Source: Acidobacteriota bacterium (GTDB taxonomy: Bacteria; Acidobacteriota; CAIWXX01). From it: DNA of 64,000 nucleotides. The notes under the pieces are model-generated. The model did not search any database. It was given only the letters and a program-made list of their open reading frames with translations, and was not told the DNA's origin. The stretch lies in assembly GCA_040755995.1 (NCBI GenBank), contig JBFMAF010000010.1, forward strand, positions 192,001 through 256,000. Direction: 5' to 3'. The position numbers and the translations under genes were made by a program. Positions 20,874-32,327 of the stretch are shown here, piece by piece (the stretch's first letter is position 1; every line of letters starts with the position of its first letter).

Positions 20874-20936
20874 CTATACAGCGCGTCACGGTCTCGACGT
20901 GTTGAATCTGTTGTGGACTTAGGACGCGCTGTATAG
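20874..20936. mobile_element. 63-bp MITE-like element with 14-bp terminal inverted repeats
   Basis: CTATACAGCGCGTC (20874-20887) pairs perfectly with GACGCGCTGTATAG (20923-20936); right half recurs at 48098-48130. Confidence 0.55.
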
Positions 20937-22442
20937 TTGGCACCAAGAGTGGACGCGCTGAGCTCGCGGACATCCGCTTGGATCTCGGTCTCCATGGGAG
21001 CGCTCTCCGGCGCGCTGATGGCGGCGTCGATGCCGCCTTTGCCTACGGGCCTCGTTGCCTTCGTCAGCCTCGTACCGCTGCTTGCAGCCGTCGCGCGTGC
21101 CCACCGGCCGGTCCACGCCGCTCTCTCGGGCCTCGCATGCGGCAGCGTGTTCTTCGCGGGCTGCACCTATTGGGTGGCGCTTGTGCTCACCAACTACGGC
21201 CGCGTGTCGATGCTCGTCGCAGTTCTTGTGACGATGCTGTTCGTGCTGTACCTGGCTCTTTTCCCGATGATTTTCGCCTGGGCGGTCCGTCGAGTGAAGG
21301 ACCGATGGGCTGCGATCTGGCTCGGGCTCGCTCCGTTCGTCTGGGTCGGAACGGAGCATCTGCGCACCTGGCTGTTCACCGGTTTTCCATGGTGTCTGCT
21401 CGGCTACAGCCAGGCGTCCCTCCTGCCCGTGGCGCAGGTGGCGAGTCTTGGCGGAGTATACGCAGTGTCGTTGCTGGCGGCCATGGTATCGGCAGGCCTC
21501 TTCGCCCTCTACAATCGCCAAGTCGGCCTCGGCGCGTGTGCAATCGCGGGGGTCGCCCTGTTCGCGGCCTGGGGCCGACTGCAGCTGTCTTCATACCCCG
21601 CGGCGGGGTCGTCTCTTCGCATAGGAGTCGTACAACCGTGCGCGCCGCCGGTGCTGGCGAGTCTCGAGGAGACGGCGGCATCGATGGATCGGCACGTACG
21701 GCTGACGCGAGAGATACCGAGTGCGGACCTGATCGTGTGGCCGGAGAATTCGCTGGTGCGCGACGTCAGCCAGTTCAGGTTCTTCCGCGAGAACATACGC
21801 GCCGCGGCCTCAGGCGCGCGTGCGCCGATTCTGGTGAACTCGATCGAGGAGGTCGGTCCGGACGTCTACAACAGTTCGGTTCTCGTCTCGCCGGCCAACG
21901 AAGAGTATCCGCGCTACGACAAGATGCACCTGGTGCCGTTTGGCGAGTACGTCCCGCTGAAGTCGGTATTGCGCTTCGCGGGGAAGGTGCTGCAGGAGGT
22001 GTCGGATTTCTCGCCTGGACAGCGGCGGGTGCTGTTCGAGGTTGCTGGCGCCCGTTTCGCATGCGCGATCTGCTACGAGATCATCTATCCGGGCGAAGTC
22101 GCCGCATTCGTGCGGGACGGCGCCGTGTTTCTTGTCACGCAATCGAATGACAGCTGGTACGGCAACACGGTGATGCCTCCGCAGCACAACGCGATGGCGG
22201 CGTTCCGCGCGATCGAGAACCGTCGCTACCTGGTGCGCGCGACCAACTCCGGGATCAGCAGCGTAGTTGACCCCGCCGGCCGCGTAGTGACCAGCACAAG
22301 ACTCGGCGATGCGACCGCATTCGCGGCGGAGGTCAGGCCGTCGCGCGAGTTCTCTCCGTACACCCGCTCGCACGACGCATTCGCGTGGGCGTGCCTGGCG
22401 CTTTCTCTCGCCGCCCTCGCAGCCACCTTCCTGCGGTTGTGA
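20937..22442 (+). CDS. lnt: Apolipoprotein N-acyltransferase
   Basis: GFPW..LGYSQ, VWPE, YDKMHLVPFGEY, ICYE, RAIENRR, RATNSGIS. Confidence 0.95.
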   Translation: MAPRVDALSSRTSAWISVSMGALSGALMAASMPPLPTGLVAFVSLVPLLAAVARAHRPVHAALSGLACGSVFFAGCTYWVALVLTNYGRVSMLVAVLVTMLFVLYLALFPMIFAWAVRRVKDRWAAIWLGLAPFVWVGTEHLRTWLFTGFPWCLLGYSQASLLPVAQVASLGGVYAVSLLAAMVSAGLFALYNRQVGLGACAIAGVALFAAWGRLQLSSYPAAGSSLRIGVVQPCAPPVLASLEETAASMDRHVRLTREIPSADLIVWPENSLVRDVSQFRFFRENIRAAASGARAPILVNSIEEVGPDVYNSSVLVSPANEEYPRYDKMHLVPFGEYVPLKSVLRFAGKVLQEVSDFSPGQRRVLFEVAGARFACAICYEIIYPGEVAAFVRDGAVFLVTQSNDSWYGNTVMPPQHNAMAAFRAIENRRYLVRATNSGISSVVDPAGRVVTSTRLGDATAFAAEVRPSREFSPYTRSHDAFAWACLALSLAALAATFLRL

Positions 22443-22608
22443 ACGGGGGAGTCGCTGCTGCCGGGGGCGCGCGGGCCTGCGCGAGCGTCTCTCGGCCGTC
22501 TTGCGATGATAGCAGTCTATGAGGCCTATGGGAATCGGATCTCCCTTAGTCGCGCTATCCGCGAAAGGCGCCTGGTCCGAGGCGGCGAACCCAGAGCAGG
22601 TGGCAAAG

Positions 22609-22645
22609 TTGACATCATGGTGTCATCAGACTAACATTATGATGT
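22609..22645 (+). promoter_or_regulatory. sigma70 promoter and paired operator of the vapBC module
   Basis: TTGACA-17bp-TAACAT; near-palindromes ACATCATGGTGT (22612-22623) and ACATTATGATGT (22634-22645). Confidence 0.7.
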
Positions 22646-22660
22646 AGTAGGAGAGGGGAT

Positions 22661-22900
22661 ATGGTTCGCACACAGGTTCTCCTGCGGCCGGAGCAGCATC
22701 GGGCTCTCAAGGAAATGGGCCACCGGAAGGGCATCTCGATGGCCGAGGTTCTGCGGATCCTCGTGGACGAGGCTCTTCATGAGGAGGAGTCCCCGTCGCG
22801 CGGAGAAGATCCGCTCGGCGTCGCCGGGAAGTACAGTAGCGGACGGCGCGATATTTCGGTTCGGCACGACGAGTATCTCGAGGCGGACTTCCGGAAATGA
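22661..22900 (+). CDS. CopG/RHH-type antitoxin (VapB-like)
   Basis: MVRTQVLL..GISMAEVLRILVDE RHH; C-terminal DISVRHDEYL; ATGA overlap with the PIN gene. Confidence 0.85.
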   Translation: MVRTQVLLRPEQHRALKEMGHRKGISMAEVLRILVDEALHEEESPSRGEDPLGVAGKYSSGRRDISVRHDEYLEADFRK

Positions 22901-23340
22901 GGGTCTTCGCCGATACATCAGGGTTGTACGCGGTGCTCGACCGGGACGACCGGTTCCATGACGACGCTGTGGAGGTCTGGAGAGGGGTCGTCAAAGGAGG
23001 CCGCAAGATGCTCACATCCTCCTACGTCCTCGTCGAATGCAGTGCATTGGTCCAGAGACGGCTGGGGATGGATGCCCTCCGCGATCTTCTCTCCGTGATG
23101 ACGCGCGTGGTGAAGGTGCGGCCGGTTAGCGCACGGACGCACCAGGTTGCCGTGAGGCTGCTCCTGCAGGAGAACCGGCGGGACCTGAGCCTGGTGGACT
23201 GCGTCAGTTTCGGCGTGATGCATGACCTCGGCCTGCGGCACGCATTCGCGTTCGACCCCCATTTCGAGCGATTCGGGTTCATTCAGCTCAGGGCTTCGGC
23301 ACTCCGCTCCGCTTCCGGACCTCGTGCCCCGTCGCCTTGA
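22897..23340 (+). CDS. vapC: PIN-domain toxin (VapC family)
   Basis: VFADTSGLYA, TSSYVLVE, SLVDCVSF, FAFDPHF. Confidence 0.9.
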   Translation: MRVFADTSGLYAVLDRDDRFHDDAVEVWRGVVKGGRKMLTSSYVLVECSALVQRRLGMDALRDLLSVMTRVVKVRPVSARTHQVAVRLLLQENRRDLSLVDCVSFGVMHDLGLRHAFAFDPHFERFGFIQLRASALRSASGPRAPSP

Positions 23341-23365
23341 ACCCACCTGCTGCCGGATTGAGCGC

Positions 23366-23499
23366 CTTTTTCTTCATGTACTTCCAGTTGTGAGGTTTTC
23401 CTTCCACCATCCATTCAACGGCCGTGGCGAGACGTTTTTGCGTGTCGCCGCCGTTCTTGCCTCCGTAGTCCATTCAACATGCTCCCGCTTATGACTCGG
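23366..23499 (-). pseudogene. Frameshifted C-terminal fragment of a YdeI/OmpD-associated protein
   Basis: PSHKREHVEWTTEARTAATR, a frameshift near 23435-23441, then KRLATAVEWMVEGKPHNWKYMKK. N-terminus absent. Confidence 0.7.
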
Positions 23500-23524
23500 T
23501 GGGCTCCTGAGCCCGCCGAGCCGA

Positions 23525-26500
23525 TTATCTGTCTAGCGCCTCGCGCACCTTTTCGGCCAGTGAAGTCACCGTGAACGGTTTCTGAATGAAAAGCACGCCT
23601 TCTTCCACGATGCCGTGGCCCGCGACAATGTCGGCGGTGTACCCGGACATAAACAGGCATTTCATGTCCGGCTTCACGGGACTGAGTGATTCCGCCAGTT
23701 CCCTGCCGTTCATCTCCGGCATCACCACGTCGGTGACGAGCAGGTGGATGGGTCCAGGGTATTCACCGGCCAGGCGAATCGCTTCAACAGGCTTGGAGGC
23801 GGCAAGCACCGTGTAGCCCAGCCGTTCAAGAGTTCTCCTGGCAATGTTCAGAATCGCCGCCTCGTCCTCGACGATCAGGATGGTCTCCGATCCCCCGAGT
23901 GGCACTCGCGCCAGGCTCGGTGCCTGCTCCAGGACGGGCTCGGCCTCGTACCGAGGCAGGTAGATCTTGAAAGTCGTACCTTGGCCGGGCTCGCTGTACA
24001 CGTTGATGAGGCCGCCGTTTTGCTTGACGATGCCATAGACAGTTGCAAGGCCCAGGCCCGTCCCCTTGCCTACCTCTTTGGTTGTGAAGAACGGTTCGAA
24101 GAGGCGTCCAAGGGTGTCCTTGTCCATCCCCCGGCCGGAGTCGGTTACGGCCAGCATGACGTACTGGCCTGCGGCACAATCCACGCGCGACCGAGCGTAG
24201 GCCTCATCGAAGACCACGTTGGCCGTCTCGATGGTCATCCTGCCCACCCCGCCAATCGCATCACGGGCGTTGACGGCCAGGTTGGCCAGGACCTGGTCGA
24301 TCTGGGAGGGATCGATCTTCACGCTCCAGAGGTCAAGACCCGGCATCCAGGCCAATTCGATATCCTCGCCGATGAGCCGTCGGAGCAGCTTGAGCGTGCC
24401 TGAGACGGTGTCGTTCAGATCCAGCGTTCTGGGGCTGACGATCTGCTTTCGAGCGAAGGCCAGCAGCTGGCGCGTGAGGTCCGCGGAGCGCCGTGCGGCT
24501 TGTTGGATCTGATCGAGACTCTCACGCAGGGGGCTGTGCGGACCAGCCCCTTCGAGCGCCAGCTCGGTATTTCCCAGGATGGCCTGTAGCATGTTGTTGA
24601 AGTCGTGTGCCACGCCGCCGGCCAGCCTCCCCACGGCCTCCATCTTCTGTGCATGGAGCAGCTGCGCCTGTAGTTTCTTCCTCTCCTCCTCCGCCCGCCT
24701 GCGCTCGGTGATGTCCTCGGTCGTTCCTTCGTAGTACAGAACAGTCCGGTCCGGCCCACGGACGACTCTCGCGTTTTCGCTTACGAAGATGCTGGAGCCA
24801 TCACGCTTGGTCCACACACTGATCCTTCCTCTGATCTCGCCTTCCCGTTCGATCTCTTCCTTGAAGGCGCAACGGGGATAGTCCGGGTCGTAGCCATCCC
24901 GTTCGAGGTTGCGTGCGGCGAGCTCGTCGAAAGAAGAGTAGCCCAGCATCTGGATCAGAGCCCGATTGGCTGCCAGAATACGGCCGTCGGGTGTCGTGCG
25001 ATAGACACCCACTTGGGCATTCTCGAAAAGAGTCCGATATTGTTCCTCGCTTTCCCGCAGCGCCTCCTGCGCCCGCTTGCGCTCGGTGACGTCACGCGAC
25101 ACGCCATAGATGCCCACCATGGCGCCCCTGGCGTCCCGAATCGCCTTCATGCGGTTCTCCATCCAGACGGTGGAACCGTCCTTTCGGTAGTACTCCAGCT
25201 CGATCGCAACAGACCGATCTGCATCGGCGACACTTTCCTCTTCGCGCTGAAGCTCTTCGATGAACAGCCTCTGGGCCCGCTCGAGAGATTCGGGTGAGAT
25301 GATCTCCTCCAGCGACTGCTTCTTCCGCTCCTCGGGCGTAAACCCAAGCACCTTCTCGACGGAGGGGCTCACGTAGGTCGTATGGAAATCCAGGTCCGCG
25401 GTCCATACGACGTCCGCCATCCTCTCGGCCAGGAACTTGAACTTCTCTTCGCTTTCTTTGAGCGCCTCCGCCGCCCGCCTGTTCTCGGTGATGTCATCCC
25501 CGGAGGAAAGTGTGCCGATGATAGCACCGCTGTCGTCTCTGACAATCGCGTTGTGCCAGGCGATGAGCCGCTCCTCTCCGCCCCGCGTCACCACGTCGTT
25601 CTCCACGTATTCGTCTAACTCCAGCTGTCCAGCCATGATCCGCGCGAAGACACTTCTCACCCGGTCGCGGACGCGGTCGGGGATGAAGTGCTCGAACCAG
25701 TTCTTCGCGAGGACATCCTTCTCGGCACATCCGAGGATTTCGCACGCCTTCCGGTTCACCGACACCACGTTGGCGTCGGCGTCGAGAGCGACGATCATGA
25801 CCCCGGCGACGTCGAGATACTGCTGCGCTCTCTGCGTCTCCTTCCGCAGCCGATTCTGCGCGGCGCGCTCCTGCGTCTGATCGCGAAAGACGAGCACCAC
25901 GCCGGTGATCCTGCCATGCTCGCCGCGAATGGGCGCGCCGCTGTCGGCGATGGGCCGCTCGCTGCCGTCGCGCGCGATGAGCAATGAGTGGTTGGCCAGG
26001 CCCACAACTATGCCTTCGCGCAGGACGCGATCAACGGGGTCTTCGACAGTCTGGCGTGTGTCTTCGTTGATGATGTGGAAGACTTCGTCGAGCGGCCGGC
26101 CTCGCGCCTCGCTCTCGCGCCAGCCGGTGAGAGTCTCGGCCACATGGTTCAACATCTCGACACGGCCGTCGGCGCCGGTGGTGATAACGCCGTCCCCCAC
26201 GCTCATCAATGTGGCGCGGTAGCGCTCCTCGCTCCGGCGCCGCGCCGCCTCGGCCTCGAACAACTCGCGGTAGTGCGCCCGCTGGCTCGCCTGCCAGACA
26301 AAGCCCACTGCGGTGGTCGCAGCTGCGAGAAGCGACAGGATCAGTGCAAAGATGAGGGCCGTCCGGAAGCGCCAGGCGGCGAACGCCTCCGTCTTGTCCA
26401 CCTTGGCCACCATGAACCAGGGCGAATCTGGAATGGCCTTCAGAACCGAGACCACCTCGACCCCCCGATAGTCCTCCCCCTCTACAACCCCTTCCTTGCC

Positions 26501-27247
26501 CAACACCGCCATGACCGCGGGCACCTCTGTCTGGCTCAACGGTATGCGCAGCTTGAGCGCGGTGTTCTTCTGGTGGCGCAGGTCGTTCAAGAACAGGACG
26601 GCGTCTCCATGCCGTCGGACGAGCAGCGTCTCGGCGGTGCGGCTGGGTGTGGGCCAGGACTGGATCAAGGGGTAGAGAAACTGACCGGCATCGCACCTTA
26701 GAATGACCGCGCCGATGGGCACGGATGCATCCCCATTCCTGGCGAACAACGAGGCGATGGCATCGATATGGGGCGGCTGATCGCCGGGGCCGTCGTGCAG
26801 GTCGGAGAGCATGGGCCGTCGTTGGCGGAAAGCCTCAGCAAGTGCCCGCATCGTATCCTCATGCAGTCGGCCGCGATGATCGCCGAGGCTCAAGCGCACT
26901 TGCCCGCCTGCATCAACCAGCAAGACATCTCCGTAGTGCTCGCGGTCACGCGAGGAGCGGAACCGGGCCAGTATCCCTTCGGTCGTGTCAGCCTGCGGGG
27001 CCGCCAGCCATCGGGCGACTGCTTCATTGGAGAACGGGCTTTCCATGATCACCGCGGCATCGTCCAGCCGCTCGGCCCGCCACTGGGCGATCTGGTCCAC
27101 CTTCGACTGTGCGATGGCAATGAGGGTTCTTTCAGCCTCCTGTCGCAGCTGCCGATCCTGGGCCCGGTAGAACCATCCGCCCCCGGCCAGCAGAACCAGC
27201 ATCGTCAACGCAAAGACAACCGCCAGCCATCGCGGAAACTGGTTCAT
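23525..27247 (-). CDS. Hybrid sensor histidine kinase: TM-extracytoplasmic (Cache-like)-TM, 4 PAS/PAC, HisKA, HATPase, receiver
   Basis: [10 protein letters not shown]-box, [35 protein letters not shown] receiver. Start taken at MNQFPRW. Confidence 0.95.
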   Translation of the reverse strand: MNQFPRWLAVVFALTMLVLLAGGGWFYRAQDRQLRQEAERTLIAIAQSKVDQIAQWRAERLDDAAVIMESPFSNEAVARWLAAPQADTTEGILARFRSSRDREHYGDVLLVDAGGQVRLSLGDHRGRLHEDTMRALAEAFRQRRPMLSDLHDGPGDQPPHIDAIASLFARNGDASVPIGAVILRCDAGQFLYPLIQSWPTPSRTAETLLVRRHGDAVLFLNDLRHQKNTALKLRIPLSQTEVPAVMAVLGKEGVVEGEDYRGVEVVSVLKAIPDSPWFMVAKVDKTEAFAAWRFRTALIFALILSLLAAATTAVGFVWQASQRAHYRELFEAEAARRRSEERYRATLMSVGDGVITTGADGRVEMLNHVAETLTGWRESEARGRPLDEVFHIINEDTRQTVEDPVDRVLREGIVVGLANHSLLIARDGSERPIADSGAPIRGEHGRITGVVLVFRDQTQERAAQNRLRKETQRAQQYLDVAGVMIVALDADANVVSVNRKACEILGCAEKDVLAKNWFEHFIPDRVRDRVRSVFARIMAGQLELDEYVENDVVTRGGEERLIAWHNAIVRDDSGAIIGTLSSGDDITENRRAAEALKESEEKFKFLAERMADVVWTADLDFHTTYVSPSVEKVLGFTPEERKKQSLEEIISPESLERAQRLFIEELQREEESVADADRSVAIELEYYRKDGSTVWMENRMKAIRDARGAMVGIYGVSRDVTERKRAQEALRESEEQYRTLFENAQVGVYRTTPDGRILAANRALIQMLGYSSFDELAARNLERDGYDPDYPRCAFKEEIEREGEIRGRISVWTKRDGSSIFVSENARVVRGPDRTVLYYEGTTEDITERRRAEEERKKLQAQLLHAQKMEAVGRLAGGVAHDFNNMLQAILGNTELALEGAGPHSPLRESLDQIQQAARRSADLTRQLLAFARKQIVSPRTLDLNDTVSGTLKLLRRLIGEDIELAWMPGLDLWSVKIDPSQIDQVLANLAVNARDAIGGVGRMTIETANVVFDEAYARSRVDCAAGQYVMLAVTDSGRGMDKDTLGRLFEPFFTTKEVGKGTGLGLATVYGIVKQNGGLINVYSEPGQGTTFKIYLPRYEAEPVLEQAPSLARVPLGGSETILIVEDEAAILNIARRTLERLGYTVLAASKPVEAIRLAGEYPGPIHLLVTDVVMPEMNGRELAESLSPVKPDMKCLFMSGYTADIVAGHGIVEEGVLFIQKPFTVTSLAEKVREALDR

Positions 27248-27651
27248 GTCGATGTACCTCACGCTTGAGCAGCCCACGACCGCCGTCGTATCCAGGAGAG
27301 TGATGCCCTGCAACGAAGAGAGTAGCCAATCGGTCCGGCCGCTGTCAAGCGGCCCGGCTTGCGAGGTCGCGGTGCAGAGGGGTTGACGCTGTGGCATGGC
27401 TACACTAGAGTGCGAGTAGAATCGTCCGTTGCTGACGATCCTGGCTTTGCAGGGAGTGTCCATGAACCCCATTCTTGGCCGGTGCGTTCGATCGCAGCCG
27501 ACCGTCCGTCGCATGCAGCTCCGTCGGCACGTATGATGCGATGGCGAAGGAATTCGCCGCCTGAGCCGTTATACTCGGTGTGAAGGCGACGGCACTTTGT
27601 GCGATCGATTGCGAAGAGCTCATCGAGCACCAGAGCCCGCGAGGTTGCAGC

Positions 27652-28212
27652 TTGCCCGACGTACAACTTGCTGCTCCTGACGAGCCGACCGATGCCGAGC
27701 TCATAGAGCGCGCCTCCGCTGGCGATGAGCAGGCGTTCGCGAGCATAGTCCGCCGGCACCAGGGCCTCGTTCTGTCAATCGCGTACCGGTTCCTGGGGGA
27801 GAAATCGTTGGCTGAGGACGTCGCGCAGGAAGTCTTCTTGCGCCTCTGGCGATCGGCCCGCAAGTATCGACCCGATACCGCCCTTGGAGCTTACGTGCGA
27901 AAGATCGCCGTGAACTACTGCCTCGACCTCAAGCGCAAGGAGAAAATACACGTGCCTGCGCCGGATGACAGGTGGCCCTCAGCATGGGATGCTCGCAGTG
28001 AAATGGAGGCGACGGAGCGACGGAAAGCGATCGAGGCCGCAATACAGGCGCTGCCTGCATCCCAACGGATGGCCGTCGGCCTGTTCCACATGGAGGGGCT
28101 CGCCGTCAAGGAAGTGGCAGACCTCTTGGAGACCTCGCCCAAGGCTGTGGAGTCTCTGCTGTCGAGAGCACGCACGAATCTCCGCGCGCGTCTCTCGGCG
28201 GTGTTGCGATGA
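27652..28212 (+). CDS. ECF RNA polymerase sigma-70 factor
   Basis: DAELIERASAGDEQAF, AEDVAQEVFLRLW, IAVNYCLD, EGLAVKEVAD..SLLSRAR. Start uncertain (27580 or 27652). Confidence 0.92.
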   Translation: MPDVQLAAPDEPTDAELIERASAGDEQAFASIVRRHQGLVLSIAYRFLGEKSLAEDVAQEVFLRLWRSARKYRPDTALGAYVRKIAVNYCLDLKRKEKIHVPAPDDRWPSAWDARSEMEATERRKAIEAAIQALPASQRMAVGLFHMEGLAVKEVADLLETSPKAVESLLSRARTNLRARLSAVLR

Positions 28213-28332
28213 AGCCCGGACTGGAGAAGACCGCTTGTGCCGCAGGTTGGACGCACGCCGTGCGACCCTGCCCACCCCCGCACCCGACCGAAGGATTCCG
28301 CGGGTACGCCCGTTAGTGAAAGTGTGAGGACT

Positions 28333-28773
28333 ATGATGCGGTGCGCGATCGCTCGGAGCCGAATCGCGCGGCTGAACTGCGAACATGATCTCGCCGGCCG
28401 TCCGTGGCTCTCCGGTCATCTCGATCGCTGCCCGAACTGCGCCGAAGTCTGGCGGGCCCATCTGCGACTTCTCTCCGAGCTGAGCGCCGCCTCGCCGTTG
28501 CCGGACTTCAACGACCTGGCGCCGCGAGTCCTTGCCCGGCTCGACGCGCGACCGGGTGTCCACACCCGCTACTGGGAGTGGGCCGCGGCGGCGGCCATGG
28601 TCCTCGCGGCTCTGGTCGTAGGGTACTTCATCGGCATGCAGAGCGCCGAGCTAGTGGCGTCGCGGGGGGCCGAAGCGACCTATCAGGACGTCCTCTTCGT
28701 CACGCCGTCCGATTCCGCCGAGACGGCCTATGATTCCCTCGTTGCGGACCCAATCGAAAGGAGGGTGCCGTGA
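28333..28773 (+). CDS. Zinc-binding anti-sigma factor (zf-HC2) with TM helix
   Basis: HLDRCPNC = HxxxCxxC; TM WAAAAAMVLAALVVGYFIG; directly follows the ECF gene. Confidence 0.75.
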   Translation: MMRCAIARSRIARLNCEHDLAGRPWLSGHLDRCPNCAEVWRAHLRLLSELSAASPLPDFNDLAPRVLARLDARPGVHTRYWEWAAAAAMVLAALVVGYFIGMQSAELVASRGAEATYQDVLFVTPSDSAETAYDSLVADPIERRVP

Positions 28774-29192
28774 GACGAATCTGGCGCAACGCCCTGCTGA
28801 TAGCGTCCCTCTGCCTGAACGTGGGGTTCCTGTCGGCATTCATCATACACATCGTCTGGCGCAGCCACACTCACTCGAGGCCGGATTTCGATCCGCCGGC
28901 GCAGGCCAAGGACCAATTCGACGCCAACTTCTCCACATTCAGAGACAGCATGGCGTCGCTGAATGAGGAGCTCGGCACGGAGAAGGCCAGGCTCGTCGAC
29001 ATCCTGGCCTCCCCGAATCCGTCACAAGAGGCCGTTCAGGCACAGCAAGACAAGATCACGGCTGTGAATGCCCGCATCACCAAGGCTTTCGCCGAACATC
29101 TCCTGAGACAGAAACGCCTTCTCACGCCCGAGGAACAGCGCCAGTTCTTCGACTTCATCAGGAGTCGCACGCGGGGCCGCGATCACCGGTAG
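28770..29192 (+). CDS. Periplasmic heavy-metal sensor (Spy/CpxP/ZraP-like)
   Basis: LLIASLCLNVGFL anchor, helical body, LTPEEQ motif (LTxxQ-like). Confidence 0.8.
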   Translation: MRRIWRNALLIASLCLNVGFLSAFIIHIVWRSHTHSRPDFDPPAQAKDQFDANFSTFRDSMASLNEELGTEKARLVDILASPNPSQEAVQAQQDKITAVNARITKAFAEHLLRQKRLLTPEEQRQFFDFIRSRTRGRDHR

Positions 29193-29218
29193 CCATACCC
29201 AATCGAGGAGCATCGCCC

Positions 29219-30580
29219 ATGCAACGAACAACCAGGCAACTCGCGCGCGCCATTCTGGCTCTCTCTCTGATTTCTGGCGATTCCCCCGGGCAAGAGGCCC
29301 CTGCGTTGAGCCACCCGCTTTCCCTCAACGAGTGCGTGCGCATCGCCGTCGAGAAGAACCCCAGTGCTGCTTCTGCGCTGCACTCCGGCAGCGCGGCATT
29401 GGCTAATGTGGGCATCAGCCGCGCAGCTTATTGGCCCACCTTGGGAATCAACGGCTCACTCTCGCAGTCCCTCTTGCGGCGCCAGAACGAATCCAGCGAC
29501 TCGACATACAACGGCATCACCTCTTCGGCCGCAACCTTCTCAGGGCAGTACGATCTCTGGGACTCGGGCCGGCGCAAGGCGGCACTCGAGGAAGCACGGA
29601 CGAGCTACCAGGCGAGCGATGCGCGCTACGCGACCACCCTTCAGGATCTGGCGCTCTCGGTCGAGTCCGCCTATTTCTCGGTCCAGGGCGCCGAATGGGT
29701 GCTCGCCGTTGCGCAGGACACCCTGAAGCAAGCCGACTTCCATCTCGACATGGCAAGAACGCGCAACGAAGTAGGGCTTGCACCTCGATCAGACGTTCTG
29801 AAGGCGACGACGGCTCAGGCTGACGCGAGGCTCGGCGTGATTCAGGCCGAAAGCCTCGTCGCCAGCACACGCTCCAACCTGGCCATCCTCATGGGCTTTT
29901 CCGCTGACACGTCCGTGCAGGTGCTTCCCGCGGAGCGGGACGTCGCATTGCCCGAGCTGCCCGACTGGGCGTCCGGCTGGCAGCAGGCTCAGACCAGCCT
30001 TCCCGAGCTCCGAGCCGCCGAGCAGACGGCGGAATCGTTCCGCTTCTCCTACCTGGGCGCCAAGGCCGCTTATCGTCCGACGGTCACGGCGAGCGGCAGC
30101 GCAGGCATACTCGGCGCAGATGACTGGCCTGATCAGGATGAGTGGAGGCTCGGAGTGAGTCTCAACATTCCCGTCTTCACTGGGTACGAGAACAAGTACC
30201 GTGTGCTGCAAGCGCGGGAGGCATGGCAGAGCGCCCGAGCAGACGTACAGAGCACCTTGTTGACTGCTGAGAGGAATGCATACGAAGCACGGATCGCCCT
30301 TTCGCAAGCACTGCAGTCGGTAGTCGCGGCCAATGCCTACGTGGCCAGCGCTCAGGAGAACTCGGACGTCGCAGAAGGCCAGTACCAGAACGGCCTGGGA
30401 TCAATGCTGGACGTGGTGGACGCAACAACCTCGCTTGCAACAGCCAAACTGCGGCTCATCTCCGCCCGCCTTTCGGTCGCAACGGCGCGGGCGGCGTGGG
30501 AGCGAGCCACTGGAAAGAATCTCTTGGGAGGGATCGCCATTCCTTCCACCTCCGCTCAACTCACGGATGGAGACAAGTAA
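29219..30580 (+). CDS. TolC-family outer membrane efflux protein
   Basis: LSLNECVRIAVEKNP, AAYWPTL, VESAYF, LNIPVFTG, YQNGLGSMLDVVDA. Confidence 0.9.
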   Translation: MQRTTRQLARAILALSLISGDSPGQEAPALSHPLSLNECVRIAVEKNPSAASALHSGSAALANVGISRAAYWPTLGINGSLSQSLLRRQNESSDSTYNGITSSAATFSGQYDLWDSGRRKAALEEARTSYQASDARYATTLQDLALSVESAYFSVQGAEWVLAVAQDTLKQADFHLDMARTRNEVGLAPRSDVLKATTAQADARLGVIQAESLVASTRSNLAILMGFSADTSVQVLPAERDVALPELPDWASGWQQAQTSLPELRAAEQTAESFRFSYLGAKAAYRPTVTASGSAGILGADDWPDQDEWRLGVSLNIPVFTGYENKYRVLQAREAWQSARADVQSTLLTAERNAYEARIALSQALQSVVAANAYVASAQENSDVAEGQYQNGLGSMLDVVDATTSLATAKLRLISARLSVATARAAWERATGKNLLGGIAIPSTSAQLTDGDK

Positions 30581-30582
30581 CC

Positions 30583-31650
30583 ATGACTGCCAATTCCACG
30601 AAAGCAATCGCGGCCATCATCATCGGCTTGTTGCCGGTTGCCTGCAACAGGCCTGGTGGGAATCAAGCAGGGACACAAGGCTCCGTCGTTCCCGCCAAGA
30701 TGATGGACCTGCCTGCCCAGGTCATTGCCACCGGCACGGTCAACCCACGGGTCGGAGCCCAGGTGAAGGTGGGTCCGAGGGTCTCGGGCCGCCTCGAACA
30801 CCTCAACGTGCAAGTCGGGGACCGGGTCAAGAAGGGACAGATCCTGGCAGTGCTCGAACAGAAGGACCTGCGGGCCAACGTGAGCAAAGCCGAGGCGGCG
30901 CTGAGGGACGCCGGAGCAGCGGCCCGGTATGCCGAGGCCAACTACGAGCGAATGAAGAACCTCCTGCCGAAGGGCTACATCTCCCAGGACGCGGTCGACG
31001 CGGCACTAAAGGGGCGCGACAGCGCGCTGGCCCAGGTCAAGAACGCCCAGGCGACGCTGGAGTATGCCGAAGTGCAGCTCTCGTATGCCACCGTCACAGC
31101 TCCGATCGACGGCATCGTGGGGTCCGTGTCGACGCAGGAGGGAGAGACGGTCGCATCGAGCTTCAGCGCGCCCACATTTGTGACCGTCATCGATCTGGGC
31201 CGTCTTGAGGTGGATGCCTACGTGGACGAGGTGGACATTGGCGGCGTGAAGATCGGCCAGAAGGCGACCTTCACGGTGGACGCGTTCCCCGACCAGGTCT
31301 TCGACGGGGTCGTGGAGGCCATCTATCCTCAGGCAATCATCCAGGACAACGTGGTGAACTATGACGTGATCATCAACATCACAGAGTCGTACGAAGGGCT
31401 GTTGAGACCTCAGATGACGGCCACAGTCACCATCAACCTCGACTCGCTGAAAGGCGCACTGGTGATCCCGGTGAAAGCGGTTCGGCACGAGGCTGGCAAG
31501 GCGTTCGTGATGGTTCCATCCGGCGAGGGCTTCACGCAACGTCCTGTCACGCTGGGCAGGGAATCGGGCGACTTCGTACAAGTCAAGGCCGGTCTCTCGC
31601 AGGGTGACAAGGTACTGGTCGCGAGCAACGGACAGGGCGCCGAGTCGTAG
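30583..31650 (+). CDS. MacA-like periplasmic adaptor (membrane fusion protein)
   Basis: ATGTVNP, VSGRL..VQVGDRVKKGQ, APIDGIV, VDEVDIG..KIGQ; lipobox-like PVAC. Confidence 0.92.
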   Translation: MTANSTKAIAAIIIGLLPVACNRPGGNQAGTQGSVVPAKMMDLPAQVIATGTVNPRVGAQVKVGPRVSGRLEHLNVQVGDRVKKGQILAVLEQKDLRANVSKAEAALRDAGAAARYAEANYERMKNLLPKGYISQDAVDAALKGRDSALAQVKNAQATLEYAEVQLSYATVTAPIDGIVGSVSTQEGETVASSFSAPTFVTVIDLGRLEVDAYVDEVDIGGVKIGQKATFTVDAFPDQVFDGVVEAIYPQAIIQDNVVNYDVIINITESYEGLLRPQMTATVTINLDSLKGALVIPVKAVRHEAGKAFVMVPSGEGFTQRPVTLGRESGDFVQVKAGLSQGDKVLVASNGQGAES

Positions 31651-31652
31651 AC

Positions 31653-32323
<671 letters not shown>

Positions 32324-32327
<4 letters not shown>

